NCBI RefSeq assembly: GCF_009914755.1
Contig: NC_060937.1
DNA from: the human T2T-CHM13v2.0 reference genome, Homo sapiens
Strand: one strand, 5' to 3'
DNA length: 64,000 nucleotides
Part shown: piece after piece, positions 1 through 13,859 of the stretch
Layout of the letters: each line of letters starts with the position of its first letter
Numbering within the stretch: position 1 is the first letter of the stretch
Made by a program: the position numbers and the translations under genes
Notes under the pieces: model-generated
What the model was told of the DNA's origin: nothing
Seen by the model: the letters and a program-made list of their open reading frames with translations, nothing else
Database searches by the model: none

Positions 1-326
1 CCTGTATGGTTGTTCACACTCTGTTGAGGAGGGAGATAACTGAGAAAAGAGAACAATTGTAAGATGCTCCTCTTTAGTACAAGCAAAATCCTGTGCAGCT
101 GTTTTGCCCTTTTCAGGAAAAGACATTACTAGTTTGGAATCAGTTGTCTGCAACTTAAAATGACTTCATTATATTTTAAACCATCCTGGCTAAACCATGA
201 CAAGTGGCCACTCTATTTTGAACAGAACACGAAGAGCATGCTCTGACAAAGTTGGACAGAGTTCCCATGGCAATTTCACTCATTGTGTGTAAGATATACA
301 AGGCATATCTGAACAAGTTTTTTCTT

Positions 327-332
327 TTTATT
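327..332 (-). promoter_or_regulatory. Candidate alternative polyadenylation signal AATAAA in 3'UTR (others at 1298-1303 and 4077-4082)
   Basis: TTTATT on + strand equals AATAAA on the KLF12 strand; usage cannot be shown from sequence. Confidence 0.35.
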
Positions 333-3300
333 GTGATGAAAACTAGAAGCTCTCTTTCCCAACATACTTCATCAAACTATTTACAACCTCTGTAAAATTT
401 GTGAGTTTGAAAATACTTTTTCCACTATCACATATGTTACGAATACAGTAAAATATCTTCACTCTATTTTTTAAAGATGCAGTATCCTTCTATTTCATTT
501 TCTTATGAAAATCTGGATTTCTATTGCAATTGCTCAGTAATTAGCATATTTAAAGTATCAGTGGACATGGGTTACTAAACAGACATTATAATGAAACTGT
601 GAAAATATAGCAATTTTTATGTACATTTCTTAACTATAAAATGCAGGCAGAGTCATATATAGTATTATAAGCCGGTTTCCTAATAAGGTAAGTAACTCAC
701 ATTTCTAGACAGCACGGATTATTACAAATTCTTTTTAAAAAAGTTCTTTGCTGATATTTGTTAGCCCACTGGCTGCTGCATATACAGTTGTGTACACACA
801 TGTGCATGTGTTGGGGCTGTCTGTACAGGTTAAGTGGAAGGCAGTGTGGGGATGAGTAGAAATGTCATATGGAAGACATGACTTACCAAACCCCTTTCTA
901 AACTAAAGCCAAATCTAATTGAAGAGACTTTTTTAATGGGATGCACTACCTCAGAAAAACTAAAGGAAGAGATTTGGTCAATGATGTTTTATACTAGAAT
1001 ACATTTACCTGCTAAGTTTACAGGCAACATTGAAGAGCAAAATCTGAGACTGGATTATGAACTATGAATATTAAGGCTTTCTGGGCCTATTATGATTCAT
1101 AAGAGTTACCTCACATTCAGTCCCTTATACGCAGACTGTAACATGGATGCTGGTATTCTTAACACTGCTTAATTTCTGTCAATCCTCACTATAAATGTTA
1201 AGACATCTTTAGAACAACATCATGGCTACATTTCTAAGCAGTCATAACAACATAACAAAGGCGTATTAATACATTTTGAAGGCCTCACCTCACCAGATTT
1301 ATTCAGTTGCAGCTTTGGTAAGTATAATAAATCAAGTACAGAATAAGGAATACTGCATCTTTATCCATATAAATGTTATCATTCTAATGAACTGATTCCA
1401 AAGTGCAGAATTATGTTTAAAACACAGATGGCAATTTAAAGTTAAAAAGAATTGTATAAAAATGAACACAATCTTTGCATAAGCTATTCCAAATTTGAAC
1501 CATAATGAAAATGGCCTTTCTAATCACCTGGAACTGGCATTTGTAAACACTGTAGCATTTTGTAAGTTTTTCCCCTGACAATCATCTTCCTTTTTCCCAC
1601 TTAAGCTTTCAAGTGAATGAAAAGTGCTCATTTTTTTAAAAAATGTGGTTTATGTTGCTGTTACTCAACTGCTTTTGAAAACAAATGTCCTATAGTGTTT
1701 TATAGAAACGACGCCAGGCAGAAGTATAATCTTTATGGTGAAGTCATTAGAAATCTCAGTCTAACTGCCTTAATAGAACTTAAGACAAGTTATCAAGCAG
1801 GCTTCTCAGAGTCCACACACAATTGACAGAATGAGGGCAGAGGTGGATGCAGAAGCGTGAATCTTTTTTCAAACAACTTAAGATCAGACCATGAAAAGGG
1901 ATTCTTAAAACCTCAAAGGCTGAAAGTCATAACTTTTCAAATAATGTAACTCCCTTGAAATCAATCTCTATACTGCAAACAGAAAATCAGGTCTACTGCA
2001 GCTGCTTAAGTAGTTAATGGCTCTATGTGTATAAGTTCCCAACCATGCACATATCCCCAGCTGCAAACTGAACAGCTTCAAATTTAAAATCAAAGAATGC
2101 TTCTAGTTACGGAACAACTGTTATGTCCTTTAGGATTCTACTGCTTTTCTGTTGCTCATGATGCACTGTGCTTTTTGAAAGAGGCTAGAAATGGACATGA
2201 GATGAAATGGAGGCTCTTCCATGACTGAAGACATTCCATTTCTTTCTGTCCCAAACCACTTTCTCCTTTCCATGGGGAAATACTTTTAGAAAACTCACCA
2301 AGGAGAATTTGCCACGTCTCAAGACAAGCCCCAAAGAAGTTTCAGTTCCTGAGGCTAGACCAGGGACTCAATTCACTTAATTGTGCTTAGATCCCTTCTT
2401 AGAAGTACTGATACGTCAAAAGGGGAAAATGATGGAATGCTGACAGGTTTTATCAGTTAACTTACCATCTCAGTCTGGTTTCCACTTTCAGAGGATGAGG
2501 GAAAATGTTCCCTTCCCCAAATCCATCCTATGTTATTAGAAAAGTGCAACTCATCTAGTTCTGTGCTAAATTTAAACCAAGCTGTCACTCAGGAAGATTC
2601 CCCTGCCTGTCAGTTTTATGAATTCTAAAAACCAAGTCTACCTGTAATACTCTCAAGACATCTTTCAGCAGAGAAAAGAACTGGCTCTTTTTATGAGAGC
2701 AAGCAGGACTAAATACAAATCTACACTTCACTTGAGAGATGCACCCACTACTTGCCAACTAGGTGCTGGTACTAGTGCCAGGGGGTTCATGGCTGTGTTT
2801 GTCCCTCTCTGTGTTCTCTGTCACTGACTAGTAACCAGCACTGGCATGCATCAACAGACCTTTTTCTATTCTGAATGGTCACAGGCAATGTGAAGTAGGA
2901 GTTGCATATAGTACAAAAAAACTTTCCAGGTGCTAAAAAAAACCCACTGGTTGATGAGTAGTAGACTGTGCAGCTAAAGATGCTATTTATCACTAGAACT
3001 GCAGCCCTTGTTGGAGGGAAATTGCTTGATGAATTTTTGAGACCTGGCAGACAATATAGAGCACATATTTGTGAAGCCATAATTTGACCTGAAAATCATT
3101 ACACTGTTGCTTAATGTTTTAAAAAATTCCTTTTGAATACCATCCAACACAAATTGTCCTTGTTTCAACGTTCATAGTTCTCGCTTCATCAGAATAAGAT
3201 TATCTGAATTAGAAGATGATCCTAAAAAGGGTAATTCTGTAACCGGAAATTATTTCAGAATGTCCAGACATTTAAAAATGAGCTAGTAATATTGTGAGGT

Positions 3301-4084
3301 TAATATGTGCAATTCCCAAAATCAAGTGTTTGTAATTAAAATATATTGCAAAGGTCTTTGTTGGAGACCTTTTATATCTAAGCTATAAAAAATTCTAGCA
3401 ACAACAACAATAACAACAAAAAATCTCACCAGCCCCTCAGCCACAGAAAGCTGGAAAAAAACCCAGCTTGTGGTGGGGACAAAAATATGGTAATTTTTCT
3501 GAAAGAATGCTCGTTGGTGATGTATTGCTTGTTTACTGTATATGTTCCTAGTTGCAAAAAGGTTCATAATTTTATGGGGCTGATGGAACTAACACCTTCC
3601 TCTCATCCTCTGCACAGGATGAGTGGGTTCAATATCCCTGCAGATGCCAATGCAGGACACCTGGGTCCTGATACAGTTTAGAAAATGAAATCGGTATAGA
3701 AGAACCTATTGGAGAGTCACTTATCCTTGGCTCTCCAAGAGAGGAAACTAGCACCATGTCGGGCTTTCTATGGGAAGCATTCTCTTTCCACTGATTCAGT
3801 TCCAAGGAGAACTGACCCATTAACCGAAGAGTTAATTCCCGGCTATGCCTCCCTTGCCTTTCTAGTCACCAAATAACTGTTTTCAAACAAGAAAAGGGGA
3901 GCATAATCTTTAATTGTGGTACTCAACCAAGCAGGACAACAAACAGCAGAAAGATTACCTCAGTGCTGTAAATGGAACCAAGACACCTAAAATGCTGGGG
4001 TGTTTTTTACAATCCCTTTAGTAAGTATGAAAATTGGTAACGTGAGTCCTCAGTGAAGTTATTGTAGGAAAGTCCTTTTATTCA

Positions 4085-4092
4085 TTATTGCT
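4085..4092 (-). promoter_or_regulatory. miR-137 8mer site (AGCAATAA); 7mer-m8 at 3523-3529
   Basis: TTATTGCT on + strand equals nt 1-8 of miR-137. Confidence 0.55.
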
Positions 4093-5008
4093 TTTCTCCT
4101 CAAGAGGCGCATTATTTCCATCTCTGCTTTGTCTGAGTTTTCATGTTCACTGACTTTGCCTGGGCAGCCCCACCTCTTACCTTGGTGCCAGTGTGTCTAA
4201 GAAAGTTTTTTTCCCCTGGTTCCTTGTAATCAAATACTAGGGGCAGGAAGAGATGATGCCTAGGTGACAGAACACTGCAATTTGAAGTGGGGCAGTAGTT
4301 TTTTAGACAGGCTCTTCCTATTCAACTACAGAACACCTCTGTGCCAGTCCATGCCAGGGCAGAGACCAGGACGAGACTTCAACTGCCCCTCTGCTCGAAC
4401 AGATGAACAAAACAGAATCGAAACAAAACAAAAACAATCAACGACAAACAAATGAAAGATTCAATGTTGGTTTTCTTCAGGGCATGGCAGAATGACAAGT
4501 TGAGAGTGATATCTAGTGGCTGCCATCGCGATTGCAAAGGGCTGCCTGAGTGCCCTTTCTTTGCAGGTAATGGGACCTCTCCATCTGCTTCTTCGTTTCT
4601 ACTTTCATGCTGCTTGCTGGTAACAGATTGGATGTGTGTTCTAGCTTACTCAGATTGTAACTAAAATTTCTGTAAAAAGGGGTTAAGGGATGGGATGATG
4701 GGAGATTCATCCAAATTTAAAAGGTCTTGCTCTAGCCATCAATTTGTGGTAGGTGACCTTTAAGGTATCAATAACAAAATGTCTGACAGCTCAGAAAATG
4801 TACAAGCTACAAACATCTTTAAATGGCAGAGGACACAGCACGGAAAACAATGCCTGTCTCTTCAGCATTTATGTCACTGAGCTCCCAGGCCCGCGTAAAG
4901 ACGGTTCTCGTCTAGTCATGATGGGGGTTACCTTCAGACCAAAAGAAGTGTGCCTTCTTTTTCCTGCTCTGGTTTCAGACATCGTGGGATGGTGATGCCC
5001 TTTTGTGT

Positions 5009-5016
5009 TAACACTG
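5009..5016 (-). promoter_or_regulatory. miR-141/200a 8mer site (CAGTGTTA) ~80 nt after stop; a second 8mer at 1160-1167
   Basis: TAACACTG on + strand equals nt 1-8 of miR-141/200a. Confidence 0.6.
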
Positions 5017-5094
5017 TGAAGGGGATTCAGCCCTGCTGAATTGGGTGCCGCTAAGAGATCCAGCTCTTACGCTCAGCTGGACAGGTAGCATTCC

Positions 5095-5406
<312 letters not shown>

Positions 5407-6692
5407 TTACCATCCCACCAGCGGTCTGGGTCAGACAGGTGATGGTTTCAATCTCGTCTTGCCTGCTGTGACATCTGGCAAGCTAGTTAACACTGGTGTC
5501 CTCCATTATGACTTTGCCATCAACATATAAAGGCATGGATTGACTGCCACTGGATATATCACCACTAGTAGACTAAAAAGAAATTACTAAAGCTTTACCC
5601 AGTTTGATTTGATTTTAAGGCTGAAAGTCACAAAGAATTCTTACGGTCAAGCAGTTATGCCTTGTTTCAACACCCCCCCACGCTTCCCCCTACCAACTGT
5701 GCATCACTTAGATGGCTTAAGGCTATTTTAAAACACAATGTCCAAGAATATACACAAAATTTTACTGAACGATAATGTACTCTACTACCTCCAGATATCA
5801 GGTATTAAGTACATATTGTTCATAGATATCTATTTTTTGCTTGTTCTTTGGGGGAAAATCCTAGATGCCTTAATAGTGTAAAGTTTAAGTACATTTTTCA
5901 GGACTTAAGAATCAGGGTAAGCCCTGAGAAATCATCACGTTGGTCCTAGAGCTAAAATTCACAGAGAAAAGCTGTCTGAAGAAGCATGTAATTTGACCGG
6001 GTCTCTCAGTCAACTTGTAAGGACAGTAAAATATGCAAAGGCTGTGCTGGGAAAAGATACACTAGCCATTGTCCAAATGAGCTCCCAGGGGGAGTGGGAC
6101 AATAGTTGACCCAGGTGTGCCATTTTCCTGGATCTCATTCAGAATGGGAGGCTTGTCCCCATGCAACCCCACAAAAACTGATCTCTCTTCTGCCCCTTAC
6201 ACCCAACAATCTACAATGTGCTCCTTGGCCACATATGGCCTCTGGTGAAAAGAGCCTAAGATAGGGAAGGGAGCTATCTGCTGTTCCTCATGCACAAAGC
6301 TACAAAGGGGGTATTGTTGACACCACTTCACAGATGAGAAAACTGAGGCTTCAGGTAGTAACATTACTCAAAGCCAGTAAAAAGATGTGCATGGCTCTCA
6401 ATCCAGTGCTTTTCACTATTTTACAGTGGAATGGATTAATTCTTACCCCATCTAAATTTTGTCACAACTTCAGACAGAGTTAGTGTCACTTTCTTAGGTA
6501 TGACCAAATTATTCACTTCCTATTTCTATGACATCACCTATCACAATATACCATGAAGATTTCGTTTAGACGCCCTTCTGTACCAGTTTCCGAATACTTG
6601 GAGATCTGGGACTATTCTGCCTCTACTATTTCAGTGTCACTGGAGCCTAGAATAGCTGCCAAGCAAGTACTTGAATGTATTAATACAACTGC

Positions 6693-6693
<1 letters not shown>

Positions 6694-6726
<33 letters not shown>

Positions 6727-6735
6727 TACACACAC
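6694..6735. repeat. (CA)n microsatellite
   Basis: About 15 pure CA units plus a degenerate tail. Confidence 0.95.
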
Positions 6736-7481
6736 ATAGGAACATATATGGTAAACTACAGGACCCTATAAATGAGATGTGCAGGTAATGCCTACATGGG
6801 AAAACTAGTCCAAACTGGACCCAACATTTTTCATTCAACTGTTAAATCAATGCTGTCTGTGTGGATTCTTACAGGATCAAGCAGCCCTTTCAGAAGAGAG
6901 TGAATAGTTCAGGCCTGTTAAATCTAGAAATACTGATGGACTAATTGTGGCCCCAGGTTGCTCTAGGTTTTTCTGAAAGGGCTCCTTTTAAGAAAAAGCC
7001 TACTGCCTGGATTGACACCAAACCTCAACTTCTGATTCACTGTGGTTGTCCCATGGAGACAAAACTGCATTTGCATGTGTCTACTGACCAAAGTTTGACA
7101 GAAATGAAACAAAAATCAGCAAAACCCCTAACTTAGAAAGATTGGAGGTCTACTATATAGTATTATCTACATGCTTTTACGTGTTACATGTCATCTCTAC
7201 ATGTTTTTGAAATTTATACTATGAGCATAGTTGAGCTTGATATAATTCATCTTTTCAAAAATACATCCATCTTTGGTACATTGAGCTGAGCTAGTTGGAT
7301 GTTGGTCACCGAGAGCCATTTCTTAGCTATTTCCTGTGTTGCTATGGAACCAGCTAGAGAGAGTGTAAGGCCTAAAAAGAAAACAATAAAATTTCATCTT
7401 CACTGGAGATGAGCGTTGCTCAGTTGTGTAGTATAGAAGGACGTGTCTTGGTGAGGGAGTAAACATGAGATTAGATAAACT

Positions 7482-7763
7482 GGCTGGGTGTGGTTGCTTA
7501 CGGCAGTAATCCCAGCACTTTGGGAGGCCGAGGTGGGAGAATCACTTCAGGCCAGGAGTTCAAGATCAGCCTGGGCAACAAAGTGACATTCTGTCTCTCC
7601 AGAAAATTTTTTTTTTAGTTAGCCAGGTGCAGTGGCATGCACCTGTAGTTCCAGCTACTGGGGAGGCTGAGGCAGAAGAATTGCTTGAGTCCAGGAGTTT
7701 AAGGCCGCAGTGAGCTATGATTGTGTTACTGCACTCCAGCCTGGGTGGCAGAGTATGACCCCG
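7482..7763 (+). mobile_element. Alu (AluJ-like) with GA-rich derived tail to ~7850
   Basis: Dimeric Alu with J-type GAGTTTAAGGCCGCAGTGAGCTATGAT right arm. Confidence 0.9.
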
Positions 7764-8148
7764 AAAGAAAGAAAGAAAAGAGAGAAAAGAGAGAGGAAAG
7801 GGGGAGGGGAAAGGGAAGGAGGAGGGGAGGGGGAAAGAAAAGAAAAGATAAGCTGCTGGATCCTGCCCTTTACATTCCAGATAGTGAAGGAAGGGGTTCC
7901 ATAACAGGAGTGCACCTGGGGAGGAGAGGTAGACAAGAACTTCCAGGCTCATCTTAACAAGGATGTGAGAGGCTGGTAGCAAGGTAGAGATTATTTATAC
8001 CTCAGGTGCTGTCTAGCTTTTTTTGTACTTCCAATTGAGTCACTTAAAATTCTCTAATTTCTTCCTTAAAATGATACCAGTCATACTTTCATTTTTATGT
8101 TGGCTATTTAATAATGGTAGTTATGTCCTTTCCACTTGAAAATCTGGA

Positions 8149-8421
8149 GCAGGGGGTAGTAAACTGCAGTCCCCACTTTTACAATTTTAAAGGTTGAAAA
8201 AACAAGAGGAATATTTTATGCATAAACATTATATACGGTTTAAATTTTAGTGTCCATAAATAAGTTTTTATTGGAGCACAGCCACATTTATTTATTTACA
8301 CATCATTCCGGCTGTTTTCCAGAGATGGAAGAGTTGAATAGCTGCAACATATAATGTATGGCCTTCAATGCCTAAGACCTTTACTATCTAGTCTTCTATG
8401 GAAGGGGTTTGCCAACCCCTG
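8149..8421. mobile_element. MER58-like hAT-Charlie MITE
   Basis: Termini CAGGGGGTAGTAAAC ... GTTTGCCAACCCCTG (degenerate TIRs) and internal AAATAAGTTTTTATTGGAGCACAGCCAC. Confidence 0.7.
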
Positions 8422-8689
8422 ATTTTTATAAGAGATGGCCATCTCTGCTTTTTGTAAGCTTCGTGAATATGTTAGCTTATTGAATTGGGATTATATATTA
8501 CACATTGGGTGTTGGAAATGGGTGGGTGAGGGAATGTTTTAGTTACAGTTCAATCACTTAATCTCAAATTAGGATCCTCGATTCAAATTCTAACAGTCCT
8601 CTCAGTGATAAACACACATGATATTTCAAATACTTCAAATTGATTTCTGGGCAACAGGAAATGAGTCACTCTCTTAGAAGACTCACCCA

Positions 8690-9050
8690 CTGAGGACAGT
8701 GGCTCAGGCTTATAATCCCAGCTACTTGGGAAGCTGAGGCAGGAAGATCCCACTTGAGGCCAGGAGTTCGAGATCATCCTGGGCAATACAGTGAGCCCCC
8801 CCACCCCCCCACTGCAATCTCTAAAAAAAAATAAAAATAAAAAAACGTAGCCAGGTGCAGTGGCTCACATCTGCAGCCCCAGCGATTCGGGAAGCTGAGG
8901 TGAAAGGATTGCTTGAGACCAAGACTTCCGGTCTACAGATGTGCTATGATCATGCAGCTGCATTCCAGCCTGTGTGACCAGGCAAGACCCCGCCTCCAAA
9001 ATATAAAAATAAATAATTTTTAAAAATGAAAATTAAAAAAAATTGAAAAA
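8690..9050 (+). mobile_element. Alu (AluJ-like)
   Basis: Dimeric Alu with A-tail and flanking CTCACCCA duplication. Confidence 0.9.
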
Positions 9051-9594
9051 GGCTCACCCAACTCAATCAGACCTAAAAATATCCTCAGAATCTTCTGCTC
9101 ATTAAAAAAGTACAATAACCTCACCTATGAGGGTGAAGGTCACATGGTATGAAGATCAGGAGTGCCTCTCCATACTTCACCTGGTAACCAAAAGTAAGGA
9201 TTCTACATTACGATGGTGCCCCACCTCACCTCCAGCTCCTTTAAATACTGTTGTATTAAAATAGCCACTGTGAACACTGATGAGTTACCTTCCTATTGAG
9301 TCTGGGAAGTGGGGATACAACATGAGAAGGATCAGAAAGTAGAAGCTGAGATGTTTGGAACTGTTTCTAAGATGGCTATTTTAAAGGCAGAAGCAGCAGG
9401 GAAAACAGCACCTGGTAGAGCAAGGGTTTGTCTGAGCCCATAAATGTAGAGTGGGGAAACAGTGCAAGTGAAGTGTGATCAAGTGTAATAAACAATCGTG
9501 AAAAACAAGGGAAGAGGCCTCAGAAATACAAGAGGCAGATACTTCCCTACTCCACGAATAAAATCAATAAAAATGATATATAAATTATAAGCTA

Positions 9595-9936
<342 letters not shown>

Positions 9937-12900
9937 TTATAAGCTATTTGGGGCTAAGTAACTAATGAAGGCATGTAATAAGGAATGAAAACCTTTCCTA
10001 TGTGGGGGAGGGGGAAGAAAGTATATCAGAAAACAGTAATTTAATTATCTAAGTGATAAAATGAATTTTCCTTGAAATTTTCCTTATAAAAACATACACT
10101 TTTACGATCCCCCCAAAAATCCTATGCATAATATTCTTCGCTCCCATTGCCCCATTAATAAAATTAGAATTTAAGCATTCTCTCACCATGCTTTAAAAAA
10201 AAAGAAAACAATATCTTCAATTCTCTCCTCAAAATTAGAGGCTGAGTTATGGGGGTAGGGGAAGAGAAGATGGCTACTGTGTCCAGCCAGAGAGCTCAAG
10301 AGAGACCTGTTTTCATTATACACGCCCAGTGCCTAGTATTTCATTAAAAAAAACAAAACAAAACAGGAAAGAAAGTCTATAAGTGCTCTCTTTAGACTAG
10401 TGAAATTTTAGAAATGGATACCAAAAATTTGAGTAGCTACTGCATTGTGTTTTAACAGGACACTGTATCTTATGTTTGTGCTTTGAAGCAATTTAAAGCA
10501 CACAATCTTATAAACACATTAAGACAGCAGAAACTAACTTCATGATGAGAGTAAAAAAACTAATTAGAAAGATAATTAAGTTTGTAAGATATCCAGTAGT
10601 ATGTGTAAATGAGCCCTGAAAGGCTATCATAAAGAACAGAATTGTCTTTTTTGTCTTCTTTCCTTTAAAAACTTGCTAGAAAATAGAAAGCTAAATATAA
10701 TTTTTAAGAAGTCAGCAGCAGGGACAGAATGGTGAATTTTCCATGAAAATGTTCCTATGAAAAGAGTTGGCTGGGACAATAAATGGAGTCAGACCCCTCC
10801 CAGGGCCTGGGCTGCTGCTGCACCTGGGCGACTCTGCATCAGGTTGAGCAATGGTGATCAGAAACTTGATTTCTATTAATTTCTTTAGAAATAATGCATT
10901 TCCCCTAAACTCATTTGAATTAGAATTCTTCAAATTACTTGAATTCTGTAACACACATAAGAGGAATGTGCAAATGTGTTATTCAAAACTATTTTCTCTG
11001 GAAATAAGCTAAAAATAAAGACAGCCTACCTACCTTCTTTGCTTCTTTTGTCTAACTCACAAGTACACAGTCAACCTCTTTTGACAATAGTCTTTAAAAA
11101 TGTGTTTTATGTTTTTCTGAATAATCTAAAGTTTTGACTTTACTTTGATTTGATAATCTTTGATTTTGGTTTCTTATATTAAATCTATGAAAGAGCAAAC
11201 TTACAGAAAAAGGTATTGTGCATTTCTTTGCCAATAAATCTTAATAAGTTTTTTTTGTTTTTAAGTTGAGACATTACATTTTTGATGTAAAGAGAAAAAT
11301 CAAAGGACACTAGTTGGGTAACGGGTGGCTAGCTGGGTGATACCATGCCAGTGCTTGGTGTATAGTTTATTAACTTCTAGGTCTTCAATTCTGAAGGGAT
11401 GGTCTCTATGTCCCATGATAAATCCTTAGGCCACTTCCAGGTTTTGTATTTAAAAAAAAAGAATATGACCATTTTCACCACAACCTGTGCTTCTCCAGTT
11501 CTGTGAAAAACCTGGACTAAACTAGGAAAACTTCTGAAAAAGAAACGTGTTAACCAACACTAATAAGAAGAGCATCTGTTTTTTAAAGTGAAATAGTCCT
11601 CTAAATGTTAAAAAAGACGACATACCACACACACACACACAAAAAGGGTGGGGGAGGTGTGGTTGTTATTGTTCATCCTGAAAACTCTGTAACTCCATTT
11701 CGGAGTTCATGTTAAATACAACTTTCTATGTATATGCAGCATATAAAAATGTAGGTATTATTTAAATAGACTAAGTGTTCTGGGAAAACAAAAACTCACA
11801 TCAGGGTTTTGTTTTGTTTTTTCTTGAAATAACCAACTGATGGATTATGAAAACGGCTGTCTCTTTCAATTTTGGTTAAAGAAAAGGATTAAGAGTCACT
11901 AAGTGCATTTCCATGACATTTACCCAGCAGAAGGCAGAATAAAGTCTAAAGAAAACACCAGGTATTGAATGGATTCCCAAAACCCACCAAACAAAAATAA
12001 CTTTTTCAGGTACCTCCCATTTCGCCATCTGAAATGCTGAAAGGTACATGTGTACTGAGACAAAAGACAGGTGCCCTTTCATATTAAAATGACGTGTGAG
12101 CAACGCACATAAGAGGAATGTGCAGTTTGAAAAAGCCTGTGTTAAACAAAACACCCATGTTCTCATCAGCTTCTCTATTATTTTCTCAAGCAACTGAAAA
12201 GGAACACCTTTTGCAACAGGAAGCACAGGCATTTTCTTAGGTTCAGAAGTGCATTTCTGAAACGTGTCCCTGTTTAACTTTTATAAAGTTACGGGGCCCC
12301 AGACACTGACAAATGAGCTTCATTACATTCAAGGCTCAACGTATTTGCTGTGACAATCTGTTTCACTTGAGGAATGGTATTTGCATATGAGGAAAAAAAC
12401 AAGAATCAAGATTCCTATCTTGTCTTCTGGTTTCTGTTACATTAGTTCATGAAAGTTCACAGAATCTAGATCTGGAAGGAAATTAGGTACCTTCAAGATG
12501 AGGAAACTGAAACCTAGAGGCGGGGAAAGAGCTGAGATTACAAGGCCCCTGACTTGTCTGCAGACAGACCAGGCGGCTATACCTCTTCATAGTTTACGGC
12601 AGCATACAATACCACAGGTTTTGAAATCTGAAAGAGCACACAGCCATATACAGGCTTAGTCACCTATATGAGATTGATCCAAGGCCAAAAAGTTAAGCTT
12701 TCTGAAAGCTTCCCAGTTTGAAAGTTTCCCAGTTTCCTCATCTGTAAAACAGGAATGCCATTTACTCCTGCAGCACTGTTGGGAAACTCAAAAATACACA
12801 CACTACATACCTGGCAAATAATACCCACTCAATAAAGGATATTTTATATTTACAAAATTCAGGGTATTTCTGTTTTTATAAAGAAATAAAAATAATATAA

Positions 12901-13859
12901 AGTTAAAAATGGATCCTGTTTGCTATTTTTTCAGCAATTAATTATAGTTTTGGGGTAAGCAGATGCCAATCCTGATGCGATTTTCTTAACATTTTAAAGT
13001 ATAAAGGTACTTTATAGGCCAAGCAGACCAATCTATTCCATAATGTCCATTTGGTCCTGTCAATTCAATCAAATAAGTAATCAATATGCCAGTCTCCATC
13101 CTACTGAATTGCCTGGACTGAATTAATTGGCTATCTTTTTCATTAGGTATTATGAAGACCAAGTGGGTTCCTTCTTTCCTCCTCTAAATAATACTGCATA
13201 TTCTCTAATAAGTATTGTTGATAAAAATTATATTTGCTAAAGCATATAGTACTTTCCATGTACCATACTTTGCTCTAAGAGCTTTATGGATATTACCTCA
13301 TTTAATTTTGATAACTTCCTAAAGAAGTCGTTGCAATAACTAACCCCACTTCACCCAGTGTCGTCACCCAGTTAGCATGTGTCTCAATTGCCACTCACCC
13401 TGCCTCTCAACATTTTAAATTAGTGCTGTCATAAACCAGGATATCTGGTCAGAACTGGGCACGGAGACTGCAAATGTGAGCTACTACTCACAGGACAGAC
13501 AATAGTGTTAACAAACACAGGCTAGCCCTTCTCACCCAGAAATCCGATATAAGTGAACTAAAATATCCCATAATAAAAGTGAACTTTAGTGTAAGTAAAA
13601 AGTTCAAGGTCAAAAGACAATATTTTATTTGGCTGTTCTGAGTTTTCATTTCTACGTAGTGACCTTTCTTTTCCTATGTGACTGGTTACTTTTTCCTTGG
13701 TTTCTTTTGCAGAGACCTCTTCCTTTACCTGTTGCATAAACGTTTCCAAAGATTTTGACTTAACTTCTCGCGTGGCAGGTGTTCCTCTTGGCTCATATGT
13801 CTTCCACTACAACCTATAAGGGAAAAGACTCCTAAGCAGCTATACCTCAGTCTCTCTCC

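Larger units (their letters stand above)
1..5094 (-). other. KLF12: KLF12 long 3'UTR (continues beyond window start)
   Basis: Lies directly after the stop codon, is AT-rich, has no recognisable Alu/L1, and carries many miRNA seed matches. KLF12 is known to have a multi-kb 3'UTR. Confidence 0.85.

Noticed and set aside
7069-7076. Isolated octamer ATTTGCAT motifs (also 18339, 60677)
   Set aside because: The count is consistent with chance in AT-rich 64 kb.
7566-7982. 138-aa ORF and other Alu-overlapping ORFs (e.g. 14852, 15543, 35446, 47656, 47658)
   Set aside because: Translations of Alu and simple repeats ([22 protein letters not shown]), not genes.
11876-12232. 118-aa ATG-initiated ORF on the KLF12 strand
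   Set aside because: No domain similarity or exon-like boundaries; treated as noncoding.
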